From: Candidatus Methanoperedens sp.
GTDB taxonomy: Archaea > Halobacteriota > Methanosarcinia > Methanosarcinales > Methanoperedenaceae
Assembly (NCBI GenBank): GCA_027460535.1
Contig: JAPZAR010000012.1
Location: forward strand, 43,875 to 75,874
Reading direction: 5' to 3'
Length of the DNA: 32,000 bases
The notes below the pieces were generated by a model that worked only from the letters and a program-made list of their open reading frames with translations, was not told the origin of the DNA and searched no databases. Numbering within the stretch: position 1 is the first letter of the stretch; each line of letters starts with the position of its first letter. Of the stretch, positions 26,910 through 32,000 are shown in pieces. The position numbers and the translations under genes were made by a program.

Positions 26910-27142
26910 AATCCGTTCATTTAAGCCTGTTTTTACCACCGTCCTGTCATCTCGATATCCTCCGGCGGCGCCCTGCCAGAAGGATGGCGGATTGGTGTAT
27001 GAACCTCTGAAAGTGGTTGGAGTTTCAGGTTCTCGTGGTCAAGTTCCGCTTTGAAAAGAGAAAATCAATGTGAGTTCATGGGCATTCCAGTATATACGAC
27101 AGTTTTATCTCAATGCAGGTAATTTCAAATCCCAGAGGTATT

Positions 27143-27697
27143 ATGGTAAAATTCAGGAATATTGTTCTTGTCGCAGCAATTGGAATTGTAATTCTCTTTT
27201 CAGGATGCATAGGAAATCAGGAGACCAAACCAGCGGAAACTGCCCAACAGACTGCGGTTCAAACAACCAGCATTCAATCGACAGCAGTTCAGACAGCAAT
27301 GGATCCTTATACTGTTCAAGTCAATGAGGTCAGGACTCTTCAGGATTGTATTGTATCGACCGTATCAACCCAGGCAACGCCCTGTTCATTAATAAATCTG
27401 GAAATTAGGAATAACAATATCAAGAATCCGGATTTTTCAATAGTTAAAGATCAAATTGTCTCCAAAAGCGGAAAGAACCTCGGGGAGAGATATGACAGAC
27501 AGGTTGGATTGAGTAATTCGTGCGTACGACAGTCAGGAATGGATCTTAAACTGAATGTCAATTCATATCAAAATGTTGGCATGTGCTATCCCATTATCCA
27601 TAAAAGTGATGAACCCATACTGAATATTGCGATAATGATCAATGGAGAACGTAAAGAATACAAATTTGATCTGTTAAAATATGGCCTCCAGGACTGA
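27143..27697 (+). CDS. Putative secreted lipoprotein, unknown function
   Basis: Signal peptide plus lipobox-like LFSGC (MVKFRNIVLVAAIGIVILFSGCIGNQ), then a Thr/Gln-rich linker with TAVQT repeats and a beta-rich C-terminal domain. The track start at 27113 is probably too far upstream. Confidence 0.5.
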   Translation: MVKFRNIVLVAAIGIVILFSGCIGNQETKPAETAQQTAVQTTSIQSTAVQTAMDPYTVQVNEVRTLQDCIVSTVSTQATPCSLINLEIRNNNIKNPDFSIVKDQIVSKSGKNLGERYDRQVGLSNSCVRQSGMDLKLNVNSYQNVGMCYPIIHKSDEPILNIAIMINGERKEYKFDLLKYGLQD

Positions 27698-27816
27698 TAT
27701 TTAAATAGATTCCACCAATCTTTCTTGATTCAATCCTTCCATTCGGAATATTCTGCATTATTGCGGTTAGATATTTCATCCTGGAAGTATAAGAAGAACC
27801 GATGCTTGATACTAAC

Positions 27817-28506
27817 ATGGATAAACGCTCAAGACCCTTCGTATTCATTAACGCAGCCATGAGCGCGGACGGAAAAATCGCAACCATAGGGCGCAAGCAG
27901 ACAAAGATATCAGGCAGCCTTGATTTTGACCGAATGGATGAACTCCGGGCGACTTCTGATGCGATAATGGTCGGCATTGGCACCATGCTTTCAGACAACC
28001 CGAGCCTTACCCTGAAATCATCAGAGCGCAGGGAAAAAAGATGCGAGAAGGGTCTGGATGAAAATCCTGCCAGAATCGTGGTTGATAGCACGGCAAGAAC
28101 TCCTATCGATTCTGATGTCTTCAAAAAAGGCGCCGGGAAGAAAATAATAGCGGTCTCCAAAATCGCACCCCGGGAAAAAATCAGGCAGCTTTCAAAGCAT
28201 GCAGAGATACTAATCGCAGGTGAGAAAAGTGTAGACCTTGAAGAACTCCTCGCAGAATTAAAGAAGCGCGGTATAAACCGATTGATGGTGGAAGGCGGGG
28301 CTACATTGAATTGGGGGCTGATTTCCAGGGGTCTTGTGGATGAAATCTATACATTTTTAGGGAACATTATACTCGGGGGCAAAACCGCACCAACGCTCGT
28401 GGATGGGGAGGGGTTCACATGTGACTTCTGCAGGCTGAAACTCATTTCCTGCGAGAAAATGGATGAGGGCGTACTTATCAGATGGAAAGTCTCAAATGAA
28501 TTTTAA
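27817..28506 (+). CDS. 2,5-diamino-6-(ribosylamino)-4(3H)-pyrimidinone 5'-phosphate reductase (archaeal riboflavin pathway)
   Basis: RPFVFINAAMSADGKIAT, SDAIMVGIGTMLSDNPSLT, RIVVDS, LMVEGGATLNWGL, and a stand-alone reductase with no deaminase domain, as in archaeal RibD-type reductases. The start could be 27802 or 27817. Confidence 0.85.
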   Translation: MDKRSRPFVFINAAMSADGKIATIGRKQTKISGSLDFDRMDELRATSDAIMVGIGTMLSDNPSLTLKSSERREKRCEKGLDENPARIVVDSTARTPIDSDVFKKGAGKKIIAVSKIAPREKIRQLSKHAEILIAGEKSVDLEELLAELKKRGINRLMVEGGATLNWGLISRGLVDEIYTFLGNIILGGKTAPTLVDGEGFTCDFCRLKLISCEKMDEGVLIRWKVSNEF

Positions 28507-28573
28507 TAAAAAAATAATTCTTATCCGAGATAAATATCCCTTTATACTATTATCAAAATATAGTAGAAAATAA

Positions 28574-29557
28574 ATGTCAGATTCCAATAATAAATATTTT
28601 GAAGCCCATAAAGAAATAACATCCGTAGCGAGACTTTCCATATATTCCAATACTTTTCTGCTTTTAATGAAACTCATTGCGGGCTCCCTCATGGGCTCTA
28701 TATCCGTCCTTTCGGAGGCGATCCATTCGGGCATCGACCTCCTTGCTGCGATCATCGCAAATTACTCGGTCCATAAGGCAGGAAAGCCAGCTGACGATAT
28801 ACACAAATTCGGGCATGGCAAGTTTGAAAACGTTTCCGGCACGGTCGAAGCAATTCTTATTTTTATAGCAGCGATAATCATTCTCTACAAAGCCGGCGAA
28901 AAAATCATGAACAATGAAGGGATTGATTATGATTTGATCGGTGTGGGTATTATTATCATGGGCGTATCTACTGCAGTGAACTTTTATGTATCCAGAAAAA
29001 TCATGAAAGTCGCGAAGAAGGCAGAATCAATTGCCCTGGAAGCAGATGCTTACCATCTTACCACAGATGTATATACCTCAATTGGTGTTTTTATCGGTCT
29101 TATTCTCATACAGATTACAAAGAATCCCATTTTTGACCCAATTCTGGCAATAATCGTAGCCTTGATAATTCTAAAGGCATCATATGACCTGACAAAACGC
29201 TCGGTTTCTGGAATAATGGATGTAAAACTTTCTGACAAAGAAGAAGATATCATTAAATCCATTATCGCTGAGCACTACTCAGATTACGCCGAATATCATG
29301 ATCTCCGCTCAAGGATGTCAGGTGCGGAGAGGTTTGTGGATCTGCATCTTGTGGTTCCCAAGAACCAGCAAGTTGCAAAGGCCCATGAATTCTGCGACCA
29401 TCTTGAAAAAGATATCAAGGAGAAAATTCCCAATCTTTCGATTTTGATACATATCGAACCATGTGAGATAGATTGCGAAATCTGCAAGAAACTGGCCGTA
29501 TGTGAAGAGCCGGATAGGATTCATGATAATAGCAATTTTCAAATGGGGAGGGAATGA
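28574..29557 (+). CDS. Cation diffusion facilitator (CDF) family metal efflux transporter with a Cys-rich C-terminal tail
   Basis: Six TM helices. The TM2 and TM5 metal-site motifs are SEAIHSGIDLLA and AYHLTTDVYTSIG. A cytoplasmic CTD is present (HDLRSRMSGAERFVDLHLVV). The tail is EPCEIDCEICKKLAVCEEP. Confidence 0.85.
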   Translation: MSDSNNKYFEAHKEITSVARLSIYSNTFLLLMKLIAGSLMGSISVLSEAIHSGIDLLAAIIANYSVHKAGKPADDIHKFGHGKFENVSGTVEAILIFIAAIIILYKAGEKIMNNEGIDYDLIGVGIIIMGVSTAVNFYVSRKIMKVAKKAESIALEADAYHLTTDVYTSIGVFIGLILIQITKNPIFDPILAIIVALIILKASYDLTKRSVSGIMDVKLSDKEEDIIKSIIAEHYSDYAEYHDLRSRMSGAERFVDLHLVVPKNQQVAKAHEFCDHLEKDIKEKIPNLSILIHIEPCEIDCEICKKLAVCEEPDRIHDNSNFQMGRE

Positions 29558-29585
29558 TCACAGGGATATCCCTCTAATTATGACA

Positions 29586-30380
29586 TCAGGTTTTATTATG
29601 AAAAATAAATTTTTCGATACGGTTTCGATCAAGAGTATCGTAGAAAACAAGCACCGTACCAATGATATTGCTTCTTTCATCGATGATTCGGGTCCCGATG
29701 ATATCAACAGGCATTTTCCTGCCATCCTTGGTTATCAATAGATTGTGATTAGCCAGGCCGAAGAAAACTCCTTCTCTTGTCACCTTCGTGATAGGGTCTT
29801 CTACTTCTTCGCCTGTTTCTTCGCCAATTATTTTAAAGACATCTTTCAGAGGTTTTCCAATCGCTTCCTCTTCTTTCCATCCAGTTAACGCTTCTGCAAA
29901 GGGATTCATAAGTTTTACCATTCTTTTTTCATCCGTTGCTATAACAGCGTCGCCTATGCTTTTGAGTGTTGCAGAAAGCCATCCTTCACTTTCCTTCACT
30001 TTCTTTTCCATATTATGTTTGTAAAGAGCTATCTCGATGGCAATGTATAATTCCCTTTCTACAAAAGGTTTCACTAAATAGCCGAAGGGCTGCGTTATTT
30101 TTGCTCTCTCTAAAGTATTCTCATCTGTATATGCTGTAATATATATTATCGGAATATCAAAAAGAGTCCGAATTTGTTCTGCAGCCTGTGTGCCGTCCAT
30201 ATCTCCGTTAAGCATGATATCCATAAGCACGATGCTAGGGCGTATTTCTCCGGCTTTCTTAATAGCTTCCTCGCCAGAAGATGCAAGGGCGCAAGAATAA
30301 CCATGATTTTTCAATTTGCTCTGTATCTCCATTGCAATTATCTGTTCGTCCTCTACGACCAGGACCTTCTCGTTAACCAT
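29586..30380 (-). CDS. Response regulator receiver domain fused to a PAS domain (no DNA-binding output)
   Basis: REC domain: VLVVEDEQIIAME, phospho-acceptor context IVLMDIMLNGDMDG, and LVKPF. PAS domain: LKSIGDAVIATDEKRMVKLMNPFAEALTGWKEEEAIGKPL. Confidence 0.85.
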   Translation of the reverse strand: MVNEKVLVVEDEQIIAMEIQSKLKNHGYSCALASSGEEAIKKAGEIRPSIVLMDIMLNGDMDGTQAAEQIRTLFDIPIIYITAYTDENTLERAKITQPFGYLVKPFVERELYIAIEIALYKHNMEKKVKESEGWLSATLKSIGDAVIATDEKRMVKLMNPFAEALTGWKEEEAIGKPLKDVFKIIGEETGEEVEDPITKVTREGVFFGLANHNLLITKDGRKMPVDIIGTRIIDERSNIIGTVLVFYDTLDRNRIEKFIFHNKT

Positions 30381-30500
30381 TTAATCGGCTCTCCACATTT
30401 TTAATTCTTTAAGGGATTTTTTCTGGTTTTCTCTTATCTTTCTTCATCTTCATTATTCACTGACGGACAGAATATTTTCGAATTATCCGGTGATGCAACA

Positions 30501-30650
30501 TATAATTATTATAATTATCATGTATATATGATTATGTACTTAGATTTATCGTTTTGAAAATTAAGAATATTTTCAATAATTATATATAATTGAAAAATTA
30601 AACATCCACATCCCCGATCTGTAGGCCACATCCATGTTACCCGCACATCA
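30501..30650. promoter_or_regulatory. Repeat-rich, AT-rich divergent promoter region between the REC-PAS gene and the second CDF gene
   Basis: Tandem TATAATTAT x2 (30501-30518). Perfect 14-bp palindrome AATTATATATAATT (30578-30591) flanked by TTTTC/GAAAA. CCACATCC occurs at 30606-30613 and 30626-30633, with related ACATCC (30602) and GCACATCA (30643). Confidence 0.35.
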
Positions 30651-30811
30651 TAAAACCATTTCGCGCCCTTATTATGAGGAGTGGAGCTTCTCCATATCCA
30701 ATTTCAGCCAATAGCGCTTCCTTTTTCAAGTTGTAGCATAAATCCCACATGTTTTTACCGATAGAAATATTTCATCACCGTGCCATTGAATATACTCAAA
30801 GCAGGTAAAAA

Positions 30812-31690
30812 ATGGAAGACATCCACAAAAATTTGAAAATTGCAGTCATTCTTACAGCAATAATCTTCATAATTGAATTATGGGGAGGAATAATTTCCAA
30901 TAGCCTTGCACTTCTCTCCGACGCTGCCCATGTCTTTATGGATGTTGTCTCATTGGTGCTTGCTTATGGAGCGCTGAAGATATCCGTGCGTCCTTCCAAC
31001 AGGAATGTCACATTTGGTTACCATCGGTTTGAGATATTTGCTGCCCTGATTAACGGGTTGACCATCGTCATGATCGCTGTTTTCATATTTTATGAAGCAT
31101 ATGGCAGGATATTCAATCCACCACAGGTAAAAGGCGTACAGGTGCTGGTAATTGCCACTATTGGCCTGATAGTCAATACCTGGGCGGCTTTAAAATTGCA
31201 CGGCCACCATGACCTGAATGTCAGAGGGGCATATCTGCATGTTATAGGCGATGCTCTTGCGTCAGTTGCAGTAATAGGTGGAGCGATTGTCATTATTCTA
31301 ACAGGGAAAACATTCATTGATCCGGTGCTTAGCATTCTGATTGGCATCATGCTTTTTTACGGTGCCTTCAGGCTTATTTTTGGGTCTGTTCGGATTCTAC
31401 TTGAGTTTGCACCCACTCATGTCGATGCCGATACATTGAAAGAAATAATGATGCAGCTGGAAGGCGTTAAAGGAGTTCATGACATCCATATCTGGAGCAT
31501 CTGCTCGAATATACATGCGATGAGCGCCCATGTTCTCGTTGACAGAATACATGTCCAGCAGACAGAGGCACTGATAAGTGAAATAAATAAAATAGTGAGG
31601 GATGATTTCAGGATATTGCATACGACATTACAGTTTGAATGTGCGGAATGTGTACAGATAGAGATAGGTCATGAAAGTTATCATGAGTGA
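30812..31690 (+). CDS. Cation diffusion facilitator family transporter (CzcD/ZitB-like Zn/Co/Cd exporter)
   Basis: LLSDAAHVFMDVVSL (TM2 HxxxD), HVIGDALASV (TM5 HxxxD), the CTD motif VHDIHIWSICSNIHAMSAHV, and a His-rich end (HESYHE). Confidence 0.88.
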   Translation: MEDIHKNLKIAVILTAIIFIIELWGGIISNSLALLSDAAHVFMDVVSLVLAYGALKISVRPSNRNVTFGYHRFEIFAALINGLTIVMIAVFIFYEAYGRIFNPPQVKGVQVLVIATIGLIVNTWAALKLHGHHDLNVRGAYLHVIGDALASVAVIGGAIVIILTGKTFIDPVLSILIGIMLFYGAFRLIFGSVRILLEFAPTHVDADTLKEIMMQLEGVKGVHDIHIWSICSNIHAMSAHVLVDRIHVQQTEALISEINKIVRDDFRILHTTLQFECAECVQIEIGHESYHE

Positions 31691-31818
31691 TCGCAACCTG
31701 AAAGTCTCTAAACCTGCGGTTATTTGCTGATGGATATTGAAAAAAAAGTTTGCGGGCATTGATACCTTAATATCAAAGCCCTTTTTATCTTCTACTGGAC
31801 TTATATGATTATTTAAAT

Positions 31819-32000
31819 TTAATATCTCTTTGGTTTGTGTTTCTGGTAGCATTCCCTGCAATATACCGGTCTGTCACCGGATGGCTGGAAAGGTACTTCA
31901 GTTTCCTGACCGCAGTCTGCGCAAGTTGCTTTGTGCATCTCTCTTGGACCGCTTGGCCTGAAACCGCCGCCTCTTCCGCCTCGGAAGCCGCCTCTTCTAT
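31819..32000 (-). CDS. C-terminal part of an RGG-repeat protein ending in a CxxC-x17-CxxC zinc ribbon; 5' end lies outside the window; absent from the ORF track
   Basis: My own translation of the minus strand is ...RRGGFRGGRGGGFRPSGPREMHKATCADCGQETEVPFQPSGDRPVYCRECYQKHKPKRY*, with the stop codon at 31821-31819. There are exactly 17 residues between the two CxxC pairs. Confidence 0.65.
   Translation of the reverse strand, partial: RRGGFRGGRGGGFRPSGPREMHKATCADCGQETEVPFQPSGDRPVYCRECYQKHKPKRY

Noticed and set aside
26910-27112. GC-rich patch (CCTCCGGCGGCGCCCTGCCAGAAGGATGGCGG) and a minus-strand open frame ending ...HPSGRAPPEDIEMTGRW*, considered as a gene fragment or structured RNA
   Set aside because: The frame has no start codon after the upstream stop, I recognised no motifs, and only 4-bp stems can be drawn. 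The evidence is insufficient for a pseudogene or ncRNA call.
27639-28160. 173-aa minus-strand ORF
   Set aside because: It is antisense to the well-supported riboflavin-pathway reductase and overlaps the lipoprotein 3' end. No motifs are present.
1-32000. tRNA/rRNA genes, pyrrolysine (in-frame TAG) or selenocysteine (in-frame TGA) recoding, inteins, and transposase/integrase genes
   Set aside because: I looked for T-loop signatures (GGTTCGAATCC / GGTTCAAATCC and their complements), interrupted reading frames in the recognisable genes, and IS-like ORFs. None were found. All recognisable genes read through without internal stops.

Overview
The window looks like a gene-dense (~85-90% coding) chromosomal segment of a euryarchaeon, probably Methanosarcinales or ANME-2/'Methanoperedens'-like. 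That assignment is an inference from four things: a stand-alone archaeal-type riboflavin reductase, a GXGXG/FwdC-like protein, a DUF2769-like protein, and a multiheme c-type cytochrome together with a siroheme-branch tetrapyrrole cluster. Most genes are housekeeping: purC, pyrG, hemL-hemC-cobA-hemD, ridA, tag, an archaeal ribD-type reductase and an orphan sdhA/tfrA-type flavoprotein. The more unusual content is listed here.
- A complete, tightly coupled lipA-E1alpha-E1beta-E2-E3 2-oxoacid dehydrogenase operon on the minus strand (1585-7147).
- A membrane-anchored cytochrome with 12 CXXCH motifs (plus one CX4CH) and a NapC/NirT-like N-terminus (8287-9300).
- An orphan bacterial-type ClpP (10631-11233).
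- A rubredoxin-fused FMN-dependent alpha-hydroxyacid dehydrogenase downstream of a Cys-rich DUF2769-like gene (12421-14118).
- A hicB-hicA toxin-antitoxin cassette (24584-25092).
- A YgiQ radical SAM gene (25122-26909).
- Two CDF metal exporters flanking a REC-PAS response regulator (28574-31690).
Two short zinc-ribbon ORFs are missing from the supplied track: 7319-7474 (+), and a partial RGG/CxxC-x17-CxxC protein at 31819-32000 (-). I found no tRNA or rRNA genes, no CRISPR array, no transposase or integrase, and no recognisable defence island. I cannot point to a compact, clearly novel multi-gene system. The best candidates for follow-up are the rubredoxin-FMN dehydrogenase/DUF2769 pair, the NapC-fused multiheme cytochrome, the lipoate-dependent operon and the orphan ClpP. 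All homology calls come from recognising motifs by eye in the translated ORFs; no database search was run.
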